Source: Anaeramoeba ignava BMAN
Lineage: Eukaryota > Protista > Anaeramoebae
Length of the DNA: 64,000 nt
Direction: 5' to 3'
Assembly (NCBI GenBank): GCA_028826165.1
Contig: JAPDFW010000135.1
Coordinates: 62,707-126,706 of the forward strand
The translations under genes and the position numbers were made by a program. This document shows positions 1 to 13,519 of the stretch, piece after piece; the stretch's first letter is position 1; every line of letters starts with the position of its first letter. The notes beneath the pieces were generated by a model that did not search any database, had not been told where the DNA came from, and saw only the letters and a list, made by a program, of their open reading frames with translations.

Positions 1-940
1 AATTCCTGGGAAAATGATCTTTCAATCCAAAATCTTTTTCGTTCTACATATAAAATATCACTTGAGCATGGATATATTCTTGATAAAAGAAACTCTCCTC
101 AAATACCGACAAAAGGATGGATGTTTTCAACTTTCAATGTATTTTTTGTGAAGAAAAAAATGAAAAAAAGAGAAATGCGAACTTTTTTCCCTAAAAAAAT
201 TAAATTTTTTTCTTCTTCTTCTTTTTAAGGAAATTGCAGGTTTTTCTAATTTTGGAAAAGCTCACTTTTTCAGAAATGATAGTCGTTTTCAATTTCATAT
301 TCCTTTAGGAAAATATTTTTCTTACAATTTCATGTCAAAATTCAATTTTGTTATTCCAACAAAAAAAAAGAAGGATTTAATAATTGATGATCAAATTTTT
401 GTTGAAGATTCTGTTCCTTTTCGGGGATTTAATTACACTACTTTGAGTGAAGATATATTTAGTGAGTCAATTAAATATTATTTTTAATTGATTTTTAATT
501 AATTTTTAATTTTGGATCATTTAAGGTGATTTTGATTTGAAGAAAAATACATCAGGAAATGTATTTGGTTTAATTACAGGAACCTTGGCAACCAATTTTA
601 ATTTATTTAGAAGGATTCCACTTTCTTTATTCACTTTTGGATCTGTTGGAAATCTTGGAAAATTTCGAAGAAGTAAATTCATTTTCCAATTTAAAATTTA
701 ATTTAAAAAAAATCAATTTAAAAATTTTTTCAATTAAAATTCAAATAAAAATCAAAAGAGGATTTCACTTTTCCAAATTTATTCTCATTTGCTAAACGTT
801 CAAGAATGTCTTTTGGTGTTGGAATTGCTACTCGATTTAGAGATTATAGATTAGAAGTTTCTTATTCAATTCCTTTTCGTCTTTCACCTCAAAATAAACC
901 TCAAAATTTTAATCCTTTAATCACTTTTGATTTAGCTTAA
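1..940 (+). CDS. SAM50: Sam50/Omp85-family outer-membrane beta-barrel assembly protein, 3' part (about 3 short introns; 5' end outside window)
   Basis: Manual translation: KISLEHGYILDKRNSPQIPTKGW...EIAGFS...SVPFRGF (L6 RGF motif)...RMSFGVGIATRFRDYRLEVSYSIP...TFDLA* (TAA 938-940). This matches the Sam50 barrel C-terminus. Absent from the ORF track. Confidence 0.8.
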
Positions 941-1026
941 AATGAAAATAAAAAAAACCAAAAAGAAATTTTGAAAATTTTTCCATTTTCATTTTCATTT
1001 TTTTCATTTATTTTTCTTTTTGGAAA

Positions 1027-3717
1027 ATGATTTTAAATCAAAAAAAAAATGAACAAGAAAATAAATTTCAAGAGAAAATAAGAACACAAAATTATAAAGC
1101 AGTTTCAACAATTGGAAATATAATGAAAGGAGTTTTTGGACCGAAAGGACTTGATAAAATGATAATTGATAATTTTGGAGAAATAATTATATCAAATAAT
1201 GGGAAAAAAATATTAAAACAACTTAAAGTTCAAAATCCAATTGCAAAAATATTAATTGAATCAGCAAAATTACAAGGAAAAGAAATTGGAGATGGAATAA
1301 TTTCAACAATTTTATTGGCTTCTGAATTATTAAAAGTTTTTATCATCTCAAAAAAATAAAAATCCAAAATACATAAATATTTAATTTGATTATTATTTTA
1401 ATTTAAAGCAAGCTTTTGAACTTGTTGATAACTCAGTTCATCCAAATACTATTATAAATGGATATAAAATAGCTCTTAAACAAGCAATTAATTATATCAA
1501 TAGAGATTTATCAAAAAATATTAAATTTTGTGGGAAAAAATCTTTATTTTATATTGCAAAAACAGCTATGACTTCAAAAATTCCTGAAAAGTTTGGAAAT
1601 TCAAAAAAAATTCCAATCAAATTTATTCAAATCAAATTTATTTATTTCAATTTATTTATTTCAATTTATTTATTCCAATTTATTTATTCCAATTTATTCA
1701 TTCAAATTTATTTATTCCAATTTATTCATTCCAATTTATTTATTCCAATTAATTTATTCCAATTTATTTATTCATATTTATTTATTCATATTTATTTATT
1801 CCAATTTATTCATTCCAATTTATTTATTCCAAATTTATTTATTCCAATTTATTTATTCCAAATTTATTTATTTATTCAATCCAAATTTATTTATTTCAAT
1901 TTATTTATTCCAAATTTATTTCAATTTATTTATTTCAATTTATTTATTCCAATTTATTTATTCCAATTTATTCATTCAAATTTATTTATTCCAATTTATT
2001 CATTCCAATTTATTTATTCCAATTAATTTATTTATATTTATTTATTCCAATTTATTTATTTCAATTTATTTATTCCAATTTTATTTATTCCAAATTTATT
2101 CAATCATATTTATTTATTCCAATTTATTTAATTCAAATTTATTTAAACAAATTTATTTATTCCAATTTATTTATTCATATTTATTTATTCATATTTATTT
2201 TATTCATATTTAGTTTTGCTGATTTTTTTGCAAATTTAATTTCTGATTTAATGTCTCCATTTATGAAAAAAGGAGGATCACTTTTAAAATCATCAATTCC
2301 AAAAATTTATATTTTAAAAATAAATGGAAAATGTTTAAAAGATTCAAAACTTATTGATGGTCTTGCATTAAATCTTCCTATTGCTTCAAATAGTTATTAT
2401 TTTTAAAAAACAAACAAAATATTTAATTTATTTCAATTTAAAAAAAAATATCAAAATCAATTCTTTGTTAATAAATTTAGAAATGCCTCAAACAATTAAA
2501 AATGCTAAAATAATTGCATTAAAATTTCCTTTAACTTCACAAAAATTGGGATTAGATTTAAATACTTGTATTAAAGTTCAAAATATTCAAGATTTATCAA
2601 AAATTGCAAATAGAGAAGTAATTAAAATTATTTGAAATTAAATTTGATCATATTTTGGTTTTTTTTAAAAAAAAGAAGAATTTGGAAATAAAATTAAAAT
2701 AGAAGCAAATATTGAAAGAAAGAGTAGATTTAATTATTAAATCAGGAATAAATGTAGTTTTATCAACAAAAACTATTGAAAATAATTGGTAAAAACAAAA
2801 TAATCCAAATTAAATCAAAAATAAAATATTCCAAATTAAATATTAAATTAAATATTAAATATTAAATATTAAATTAAAATGGAAACTCAAGTTTAAAAAC
2901 ATTTGAATCAGCAAAAATAATTGTAATTCGGAACATTCCAGAGAAACAAATGAAAAGAATTTGTAAAGCAACAGGAACAATTCCAATAATATCTTTAATA
3001 AACATAAACGGAGATGAAAATATAGACAAAAATTGTTTAGGACAAGCAAAACAAGTTTCAAAAGAAAAAATAAGTGAAAATGAAATTGTTTTATTTCAAG
3101 GATTAAAAACCAAACGAATTCAAACAATACTTTTAAGAGGACAAACAAAGAATTATTTAGAACAAAGTTATCAATCAATAAAAAACGCAATTTCGTGTGT
3201 GAAAAGAGTATTAGAAACAAATGCAATTGTTATTGGCGGCGGAACATTTGAAACTTCGATATCAGTTTATTTGGAAAAATTCACAAAAACACTCGCTTCA
3301 AGAGAACAAATAGCAATTGCAAAATTCGCAGAATCTTTATTAGTTCTTCCTAAAACTTTGATTTCTAATTCTGATGGTGATTGTTTGGATTTGATTTCCA
3401 AACTCCGGGCTTGCCACTATTCTTTTCAATCAAATAATGATAAATCCCTTAATTATTTGCAATTTGTTGGATTGGATTTGTTAAATAATAAATTGGCAAA
3501 TAATTTGTTTGCTGGTGTTTTGGAACCTTCTGTTTTGAAAATTAATCTTATTAAAAAAGCAACTGAAACTGCTATTACTTTTATTAGAATTGATGATTTT
3601 TTTCATTTTGATTCTTTTGTTTCTAATTTGGATTTGTTAGTTCAAGATCATCATTTTTTGGAGTTAGATTTAAATTTAAATTTTAAAAAAGATTTTGAAT
3701 GGAATTTGAAAATTTGA
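1027..3717 (+). CDS. Divergent CCT/TCP-1 alpha-like chaperonin subunit (multi-exon) with degenerate ATP motifs
   Basis: GPKGLDKM, KRICKATG, ILLRG, SREQIAIAKFAESLLVLPKTL and GVLEP resemble CCT1. GT-AG introns include 1591-2213. Confidence 0.85.
1591..2213 (+). repeat. Intron filled with (ATTTATTTATTCCA)n-type minisatellite
   Basis: GTTTGG donor at 1591, TAG acceptor at 2213; tandem degenerate repeats in between. Confidence 0.85.
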
Positions 3718-3814
3718 AAGATTTTTATTTTTATAAAAAAAAATATTTTTTCCGATTTTTCATTTTTCATTTTTCATTTTTCATTTTTCCATTTTTTCAT
3801 TTTTTTTATACAAA

Positions 3815-4976
3815 ATGCAAAAAAATCAATTAAATCAATTAAATCAAGAAACAAATCAATTAAATCAAGAAACAAATCAATTAAATCAAAATCAAAATCA
3901 AAATGAATTAAATCAAGAAACAAATCAATTAAATCAAAATGAATTAAATCAAAAAACAAATCAATTAAATCAAAATCAAAATCAAAATCAAAATCAAAAT
4001 CAAAATCAAAATGAAAATCAAAATCAAAAAACAAATCAATTAAATCAAAATCAAAATCAAGAAACAAATCAATTAAATCAAAATCAATTAAATCAAAATC
4101 AAAATGAATTAAATCAAGAAACAAATCAATTAAATCAAGAAACAAATCAATTAAATCAAGAAACAAATCAATTAAATCAAAATCAAAATCAAAATCAAAA
4201 TCAAAATCAAAATCAAAATCAAAATCAAAATCAATTAAATCAAGAAACAAATCAATTAAACCAAGAAACAAATCAATTAAATCAAAATCAAAATCAAAAT
4301 CAAAATCAAAATCAAAATCAAAATCAAAATCAAAAATCAAAATACAAATCAAAATCAAAATCAAAATACAAATCAAAATCAAAATCAAAATACAAATCAA
4401 AATCAAAATCAAAGTGAAGATCAAATTAATAAACCACCAGAAGCAGAAGAAGCATTACAAGAAGCACTTCTTCAAAGAGAAAAAGGAAATTTATTTTTTC
4501 GAAAAGGAGAATTTGACGAAGCAATAGAATGCTATACAAAAGCAATAGAAGCGAAACCACCAGATGATAATTTAATATCAATTTGTTATGGAAATCGGTC
4601 ATTATGTTATTCCAAATTAGGACAATGGGAAGATGTAATTGATGATTGCACTGAATCTCTTAAAATACAACCGAATTATATAAAAGTTTTATTTCGAAGA
4701 GCAGATGCTTTTCAACAACTTACTCGTTTCTCAGAAGCTTTGGAGGATTTAGAAAAAATTTCTCAAATTGATCCTCTTTTAAAAGAAGTTCATTCAAAAA
4801 TTCTTCAAGTTCGTAAACTTGCTCAAGAAAAACAAGAAAATCAAAAGGAAGAAATGATGGGTCAATTAAAAAATCTTGGAAATAAAATTCTGGGTAAATT
4901 TGGTTTAAGTACTGATAACTTTAAAACAGTAAAAGATCCTCAAACTGGTGCTTATTCTATTCAATTTCAAAAATGA
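3815..4976 (+). CDS. TTC1: TPR protein, TTC1-like, with N-terminal Q/N/L repeat tract (one frameshift inside the repeat)
   Basis: KGNLFFRKGEFDEAIECYTKA TPRs at ~4480-4780; C-terminus EEMMGQLKNLGNKILGKFGLSTDNF...GAYSIQF is typical of TTC1. Confidence 0.8.
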
Positions 4977-4979
4977 AAT

Positions 4980-5300
4980 TAAAAATTAAAATTCATTTAT
5001 GAATTTAAAATTTAAATTAAAATTAAAATTAAAATTAAATTTAAAATTAAAATTAAAATTAAAATTAAAATTAAAATTAAAATTAAAATTTAAAATTAAA
5101 ATTAAAAATTAAAATTAAAATTCATTTATGAATTTAAAATTAAAATTAAAATTAAAATTAAAATTAAAATTAAAATTAAAATTAAAATTAAAATTAAAAT
5201 TAAAATTTAAAATTAAAATTAAAATTATAATTAAAATTAAATTTAAAATTAAAATTAAAATTAAAATTAAAAATTAAAATTAAAATTAAAATTAAAATGA
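4980..5300. repeat. (ATTAAA)n microsatellite, intergenic
   Basis: Direct tandem hexamers. Confidence 0.9.
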
Positions 5301-5545
5301 ATTTTGAATTTTTTTATCCAATTTTTATTTTTATTTTTTTGGATTCTTTAATAATTAAGAAAAGAAAAGAAAAAGTTTTTAATTACAAAAAGATACCCTC
5401 TAAAAAAAATATAAAAAAAAAATAAATAAAAAATAAATTCTTTGTGGAAAAAAAAAACAAAACAAATTTTTTTTCATTTTTCATTTTTCATTTTTCATTT
5501 TTCATTTTTCAATTTTTCAATTTAATTTTATTCAATTTAAATTTA

Positions 5546-7673
5546 ATGAGAATTTTATCAGATTCAGATTCACATATAGAAACAGAAACAGAAACAGAAT
5601 CAGAATCAGAAATACAAGTTGAAACAGAAATAATGAATGGAAGAAAAAAGAAAAGCCCAACTTTATGTTCTTTAGGATGTTTAAAATGTTATAGACCATA
5701 TTATCTTGTTTGTGGTCATATAACTTGTGGTATTGATTTAATTTTAATGCCTTTATTTGCTCTTGCAATTTTTCTTTATGCAACTATTATTTTCAATTTA
5801 ATGGCCGCTAAAATGGATAAACTTTATTTAAAAATTATTTATTTCGCAATTTTTGATCCTTTAGATTTTTTATTTTTTGTTAGTTATGTTAGAACAATTA
5901 TGACAGATCCAGGTATAATATATAATATAATATTTAATATAATATTTAATATAATAATTAATATAATATTTAATATAAAATTTAATATAATATTTAATAT
6001 AATATTTAATATAATATTTAATATAATATTTAATATAATAATAAATATAAAATTTAATATAATATTTAATATAATATTTAATATAATATTTAATATAATA
6101 TTTAATATAATATTTAATATAACATTTAATATAATATTTAATATAATATTTAATAATATAATAAATATAATAATAATATTTATATATAATATTTAATATT
6201 AATATTTAATATAAAATTTAATATAATAATTATTTTAATAATTAATATAATATAATTATAATATTTAATATAATATTTAATATAATATTTTATTTAATAT
6301 TTAAATTTAAATATTTATAATATTTAATATAATATTTAATATAATATTTTAATATAATATTTAATATATTATTTAATTTAATAATTAATATAATAATTAA
6401 TATAAAAATTTAATATAATTATTTAATATAAAGTTTAATATAATATTTGATATAAAATTTAATATAATATTTAATATAATATTTAATATAATATTTAATA
6501 TAATATTTAATATAATAATTAATATAATATATAATATAATATTTAATATAATATTTAATATAAAATTTAATGTAAAATTTAATATAATATTTAATATAAA
6601 ATTTAATATAATATTTAATATAATATTTAATATAATATTTATTATAATAATTAATATAATAATTAATATAATATTTAATATAATATTTAATATAATATTT
6701 AATATAATATTTAATATAATATTTAATATAATAAATGTAATAATTAATATAATATTTAATATAATATTTAATATAATATCTAATATAATATTTAATGTAA
6801 TAATTAATATAATATATATTACTTATTCAGGAACTGTTCCTATTGGTTGGAATGATCCAAATCCAAATCCAAAAATTCCTTTTTATCCAATAACAAATGC
6901 CGAACACAAACTTCATAAAACAAGACCAAGACCACCAAGATCTCATTATATTAGAAGAATGCATAGACTTGTTCTTAAACCAGATCATATTTGTCCTTGG
7001 GTTGCTAATGTTGTTGGTAAATTTAATCACCAAAAAGAAAAAAGAAAAAAGAAAAAAGAAAAAAGAAAAAAGAAAAAAGAAAAAAGAAAACGATCCAAAT
7101 TTTAATAATATTTTTTTTCTTTTAGGTTTTCGAAATTATAAATATTTCTATCTTATATTATTTTGGGGATGGTTTTTATCACTTGCGACTTTTTCAATGA
7201 CAATTCCTGTTTTGATTTCTTCCGATCTATCACGACTAAATAGACTTTATTATATCCCAATAGTTTTCTTTACAGGATCTTTTATATTTTCAATGGGAAT
7301 TTTATTTTTTCAACACACACACCTTTTATTAAGTAATAGAACAACAATAGAATATCTTCAATATTTGGATGCTAAAAGAAGAAAAGAAGATACAAGAAAT
7401 ATTTATGATCTTGGAAGACTTTTAAATGTTAAACAAGTTTTGGGTGAAAAAAAAAGATACTGGTTTTTACCAATTAATACATCTATTGGTGATGGTCTTT
7501 CTTTCCCTACAAATACTACTTATACTAATAATACTAATAATGCTAATAATACTAATAATGATATTCTTATGAATAATATCGATAATGATATCAATATTGA
7601 TAATGATATCCATATTAATACTCATCTTAGTTTGGACCAAGAAAATATCAATGATCGTGAATCAAATAATTAA
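5546..7673 (+). CDS. DHHC-family protein S-acyltransferase with variant DHIC motif (3 exons)
   Basis: TM helices, then MTDPG|TVP; RPPRSHY...VLKPDHICPWVANVVG|FRNYKYF; TTIE and YDLG..N..QVLG..WFLP motifs. Introns 5913-6830 and ~7017-7125. Confidence 0.88.
5913..6830 (+). repeat. Intron filled with (TTTAATATAATA)n 12-mer repeat
   Basis: GT at 5913, AG at 6830; splicing restores DPGTVP. Confidence 0.88.
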
Positions 7674-7862
7674 ATTTCTTCTCGATTTTTTTTCTCAATT
7701 TATTTCCTTTTTTCCTTTTTTAATTCTCAAAAAATATTAATTTAGAAGGTAGTTTTAATCTTTTCTCTCTTTTTGTTTTGCCAAATTTTTCTTTGTTTAA
7801 AAAATAAAAATCAAAAATCATTTTTTTCATTTTTTTCATTTTTTTCATTTTTATTATTAAGA

Positions 7863-9981
7863 ATGACTGATGTATTGTTAACCTCAGATGAATTTACAGA
7901 AAATTTTACAGAAAACTTAAATCAAAATCAAAATGAAAATGAAAATCAAAATGAAAATCAAAATCAGAATGAAAATCAAAATCAAAATCAAAATCAAAAT
8001 CAAAATCAAAAATGAAAATCAAAATAAAAATAAAAATCAAAATAAAAATCAAAATGAAAATGAAAATCAAAATGAAAAAAAAGATCAAGATATAATTAAT
8101 GAAAAAGAAATGAAAAAAAATGAATCTATAACACAAGATTTATTAAATTCATTTTCAGATTTAGAATTAGATGCAGAAGAAAAAGCAGCACCAAAAACAA
8201 TAGAAAATGAAGATAAGAATTTAATAGAATTGAAAAATATACATAAAACTTATTTAATTGGAGTTGAAGGAGTAGCAGCTTTAAGAGGTGTATCTCTCAA
8301 AGTGAAACGTGGTGAATTTTTAATCATCTTTGGAAAATCTGGTTCTGGAAAAACAACTTTATTGAATATTATTGGAACAATTGATACACCAACAAAGTTA
8401 GAAATGAATATAAATATAAATATAAATATAAATATAAATATAAATATAAATATAAATATAAATATAAATATAAATATTATTATAAATATAAATATAAATA
8501 TAAATATAAATATAAATATAAATATAAATATAAATATAAATATAAATATAATTATAAATATAAATAAAATATAAAATCTAAATATAAATATAAATATAAA
8601 TATAAATATAAATATAAATATAAATATAAATATAAATATAAATATAAATATAAATATAAATATAAATATAAATATAAATATAAATATAAATATAAATATA
8701 AATATAAATATAAATATAAATATAAATATAAATATAAATATAAATATAAATATAAATATAAATATAAATATAAATATAAATATAAATATAAATATAAATA
8801 TAAATATAAATATAAATATAAATTTAAATATAAATATTATTATAAATTGGAAATAATTTTAGAGGAAGTTTATCAGTTTGTGGAACTAAAATATCTGCAA
8901 AAACAAAAGATAAAACTCTTGCCCATTTAAGATTGAAAAGAATTGGATTTGTATTTCAATCATTCAATTTACTTTCTTTAATGACTGCTTTAGAAAATGT
9001 TGAAATGCCAATGATTCTTGATGGTTCAATACCTTCAAAAGAAAGAAGATCAAAAGCTAAAAAAGCACTTAAAAGAGTAGGTTTAAGTGAAAGATTATAT
9101 CATACACCATCTAAACTTTCAGGAGGAGAACAACAACGTGTTACAATTTCTCGAGCAATAGCAAATTCACCTGATCTTTTATTACTTGATGAACCTGTAA
9201 GTTAAAATATTTTTTAATATTAATTTTAATTTTAATTTCAATTTTAATTTTTGTTCCACTTTTTTTATTAATTTTAATTTTAATTTTAATTTTAATTTTA
9301 ATTTTTAATTTTAATTTTTGTTCCACTTTTTTTATTAATTTTTTTTATTATTTTTTTAGACTGGAGATCTTGATACAAAAAATACTAAAATTGTTTTGCA
9401 TTTATTACTAAATTTAAATTTAAAAGAAAGTAAAAATTATTTTGTTTTTCTTTTTATTTGTTTGTTTGTTTGTTTGTTTGTTTATTTGTTTTTATTTTTC
9501 TTTAAAATAATTAGATGTTACTTTGGTTATGGTTACTCATGATATTACTTTAAAAGATTTTGCTGATAGAGTAATTTGGATGAGAGATGGATTAAAACTT
9601 TCAGAAGAAGTTATTAATCCTGAAAGAAAAAATAATGTTCGAAAAAGTCTTTTAGATGAAACTAATGTAAAAAAATTTAATAATTTTAAATTAAATTTTC
9701 AATTAAATTTTCAATTAAATTTTAAATTAAATTTTAAATTAAATTAGGATTGGCTTCAAGTTAATAATTTAGCTTTTGAAGAAGACTCGTTTAAAAGTTC
9801 TAATTTCCAAAACTTTCAAAATACAACATTTAGAAATCCTAATCAATATAAACACTTAAAAAATTCAAGTTCTGTTAAAAAAAGAACTCAAATTACTAAA
9901 GAACAAATTATGCAAGAATTAGGAAAAATTGCTCCAAATGTTTCTTTCAAAAAATTTTATTCAGATCAAGAAACAAATTAA
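7863..9981 (+). CDS. Stand-alone ABC ATPase, LolD/MacB/FtsE-like (multi-exon)
   Basis: Walker [20 protein letters not shown], signature LSGGEQQRV, Walker B LLLDEP|TGDLD, H-loop MVTHD. No transmembrane domain. Confidence 0.9.
8397..8862 (+). repeat. Intron filled with (ATATAA)n
   Basis: GT at 8397, AG at 8862; splicing restores PTKGSLSVCG. Confidence 0.88.
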
Positions 9982-10114
9982 AAAAAAATTTTTTAAATTT
10001 AGATTAAGAAAAAAAAAATTTTTTTTTTTTGGAATTCGGGACAAATTTTTTTTAAATAAAAAACACAAAAAAAAAACTTGATTTCAAAATTTTATGTTTT
10101 AAATTTTTTTTTTT

Positions 10115-10816
10115 TCAATTTATTCTAAATCTTTTAAGAGTTTTTACAGAAACATTTGATTGTTGAATTTTATGGGAAGCTCTATTTTTCCAAATTTGAT
10201 ATTGTTTTGAATTTTGCTTTCCAATTTGAAAAAGACTTTGTTCAAGCCAATCAAGATTATCAATAAATTCTTCTCTATCAGTTGTAACTTGAGAAGTAAT
10301 TAAATCTTTTTGTTCAATTTTTGGTTCATCAGCCAAATCGGAAATTTTAAGAAATCTTTTAATCAACATTTGAGACATTGAATCAATCAAATTTTCATCA
10401 TTAAAAATTTGAGCTAAAATTGCTCCTGTTGTGTAAAAATGCCGTTTAATTTTCTGTAATTTGATTGAAGTTGAATCACTTTTCCAAATTGAATGAAAAG
10501 TATTTGAAAAATTATAAGGCATTTGAATTTGAACTGCTTTTTGTTGATGTAAAGGAATTGCAATCCATAACGGAAGATATATTTTTGGTGATTTTTGTTT
10601 TGTTGAATCAAAATATATTTTCGACATTTCTGTTGTTTCTGTTTCTGTTTCTGTTTCTGTTTCTGTAAAATCAATTTCAAATAATGAATCTGATTGTGAA
10701 CTTAAAATTGAATTGAATTGTGAAAGTTGAGGAAGATCTATTAAAAGTTTAACAGGAACAAGTTCAGATTGAGCAAGAATTGATTGAGGATCAAGAAAAT
10801 TTCCAAAAAAATCCAT
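10115..10816 (-). CDS. PSF3: GINS complex subunit Psf3
   Basis: LDPQSILAQSELVPV, IYLPLWIAIPL, HFYTTG, LDWLEQSLF...WK match the Psf3 pattern. Confidence 0.8.
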   Translation of the reverse strand: MDFFGNFLDPQSILAQSELVPVKLLIDLPQLSQFNSILSSQSDSLFEIDFTETETETETETTEMSKIYFDSTKQKSPKIYLPLWIAIPLHQQKAVQIQMPYNFSNTFHSIWKSDSTSIKLQKIKRHFYTTGAILAQIFNDENLIDSMSQMLIKRFLKISDLADEPKIEQKDLITSQVTTDREEFIDNLDWLEQSLFQIGKQNSKQYQIWKNRASHKIQQSNVSVKTLKRFRIN

Positions 10817-10935
10817 TTATTTAAAAAAAAAAAATTTAAAAGAAAAAAAATGAAAAAAAAAAAAAATTTAACGGAAATTTTTTAATTTTTTAAATAAAAA
10901 GTGAAAAAAAAAGAAAGAAAAAAGAAAGAAAGAAA

Positions 10936-13519
10936 TTATTTTTTTTGAATTTCTTGTTTAACTGTTTCAAAAATAGATTGAATATGTTCCATATTAAGAT
11001 TAATTAATTTTGCAGTTTCTAAGATAATTTCATAATAATCTCCAGGAATAGAATCCATAGGTTTTGATTGATAAGTATGGTTCTAAAAAATCAAAAAAAA
11101 AAAAGTGGAATAAAAAAATCAAAAAGTGGAACAAAAAAAAAGAAAGAAAAATAAAAGGAAAGAAAGAATAAAAAATAAGCAAAAGAAAGAAAAATCAAAA
11201 TAAAAAGAAGAATGGAAATGATATTAAAATACCGATATGTTTGAAATGAACTCGAGAAAAGCAGGACGTTGTTCATCAATAAAATCATTAAATTGAACTA
11301 AATTTGACAAAGCACCAAATTTTGTGTTATTAGCAAGGACTTGCAGAACTTTGGCTACTTGAAGTAAGGTATCAGAAAGAGATTGCGAAGGTTCTGCATC
11401 ACTAAGAAGTCCATATGCTAATGGTGAAGTTAGCGATGGGGAAACGAACCTTGTGAAAAGAAATGAGCCTACTGAAGGAAGATGATCTTCTTCAGGATAT
11501 TTTTCTTCAAGTTTTGATCTAAGCTCATAGCAAAGCCAATGAAGAGTTCTGTTTGATTTTCCGCATTGCATTGTTTGTGTTCGTTAATTAGGATTCATTT
11601 TTTTGATGTTTTGATTGTTTGTGTTTTGTAAATGTTTTTTTTTATTTGGAACAAAAAATTCCGAACTTGGATTCATTCTAAATTTAGTTCATTTTTTTGA
11701 GTTTTTTTACCTTGGAAATAGATCATCGCTCCCTAATATTTGACTTAGAAATGTTGTAACATGTTTCTTAAGAAACTTCTCTTTCATTGTTCCTTCTTTC
11801 TGTATTTCAAGAATAATTGGCTCAACAACTCTTTTTAAAAAATGAATTCCATATAATTTTGCAATACTAGCTGCCATTGTTGATGAAAACAAATTCCCTC
11901 TAAAAATACTATCTTTTGAAACTAAAAATTTATTTCCAAATTAAAAATAAATAAAAATAAAAAAAACGGTTTTTTTGGATCGGAAAAAAATATTTTTTTT
12001 ATCCAGTTTAAAATCAGACTAAAATAACAGAATGATAAAAAAATAAAAAGATTATTTTACCTGCATATTGTGTTTCATTATCAACAATAAATGAAATGAG
12101 ATTTTTAGTGAGATGAAGTTGATCAAATAATTTAACGATCAAATCAGCAAGACAATTTGATTTATTCATTATTCTATCTATAAAAGAAAGTTCTTTAAGA
12201 ACTCTCATTTGAGGTTCAGTTAAAACCTTTAAGATGAAAAAGATGGATGAAAATTAGTGATCCAATTAAGAGTAAATATGATAAAATTTAAGATACTTTT
12301 GCGATAATTTCGGCTTCAACTTCATTTTCATTTGATAAATATGGACGAAGAAAACTCTATTAATTCAAAAGCGATTTGTTTTGTTTTTTTTTAGTAAATT
12401 ATGTATGTTTTGTTTTTTATTAGGATTTGTTAATTCAATTTTTTTTACTCTTCGAAAAACTTTTTTCCCAATTAAAAATCCTGATTCTAATTCAATTGTA
12501 TATGATGGAAATTTTCCTTTTTTTTTGTTTATTGTTCCAACTATCCATTTTTGATTTGGTGGTATTTCAGTATTTTCTAATTCGATTAGATCTCCTTCTT
12601 CAAATGAAAGTGTTCCTACTCTTTCACTAAAATATGGTTCAATTGCAACTCCTATTGTTGTCTTTTTTTTAATATAATTTTTTTTCCGATTTTAATTTTA
12701 ATATCAAAATGAATTTTAATATCAAAATGAATTTTAATATCAAAATGAATTTTAATTTTATCAAAATGAATTTTAATATCAAAATGAATTTTAATTTTAA
12801 TATTAATTTTAATTTTAATTTGAATTTTAATTTGAATTTTAATTTTAATTTTTAATTTTAATTTCAATTTTAATATCAAAATGAATTTTAATATCAATTT
12901 TATAAATGAATTTTAATTTTAATTTTAATATCAAATGAATTTTAATTTTAATTTTATAAATGAATTTGAATATTAATATTAATATCAAAATGAATTTTAA
13001 TTTTAATTTTAATTTTAATATTAATTATCAAAATGAATTTTAATTTTAATTTTAATTTTAATTTTAATTTTAATATCAAAATGAATTTTAATTTTAATTT
13101 TAATTTTAATTTTAATTTTAATATCAAAATGAATTTTAATTTTAATTTTAATTTTAATTTTAATATCAAAATGAATTTTAATTTTAATTTTAATTTTAAT
13201 TTTAATATTAATATCAAAATGAATTTTAATTTTAATTTTAATTTTAATTTCAATTATTTGATTTTGATTAAAAATGTGGAATTTTGTTTTTAAAAAAAAA
13301 AAAAAAGGAAAAATGAGAATAAATTAAAAATACTTTTTGAGGAGTAACAGGAAATCTAACACAATAACTTGGAAAAGTACCAGTTGTTCCATCTTCTAAA
13401 GAACCAGTAAATTTTCCAATTCCTAAAGCTTTAACATTAAATAAAACAGTTCCTGTTGGAAAACTTAATTCTCCTTCTTTTTTTCCATTAATTGGTTCAA
13501 GAGCAACTGCAAAACTCAT
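10936..13519 (-). CDS. SH3-domain RasGAP (multi-exon)
   Basis: N-terminal SH3 (AVALEP...ELSFPTG...GTFPSYCV); arginine finger IFRGN near 11900; FLFTRFVSPSLTSP, and LLQVAKVLQVLAN. Stop TAA at 10936. Confidence 0.82.
12652..13333 (-). repeat. Intron filled with (ATTAAA)n/(AATTCATTTTGATATTAA)n
   Basis: GT..AG boundaries on the minus strand; tandem repeats. Confidence 0.8.

Noticed and set aside
1568-2213. Long low-complexity ORFs (also 3774-4424, 12954-13293, 17469-17837, 24861-25167, 53207-53526, 56108-57055)
   Set aside because: They are translations of stop-free microsatellites in introns or intergenic DNA, or antisense to QN tracts.
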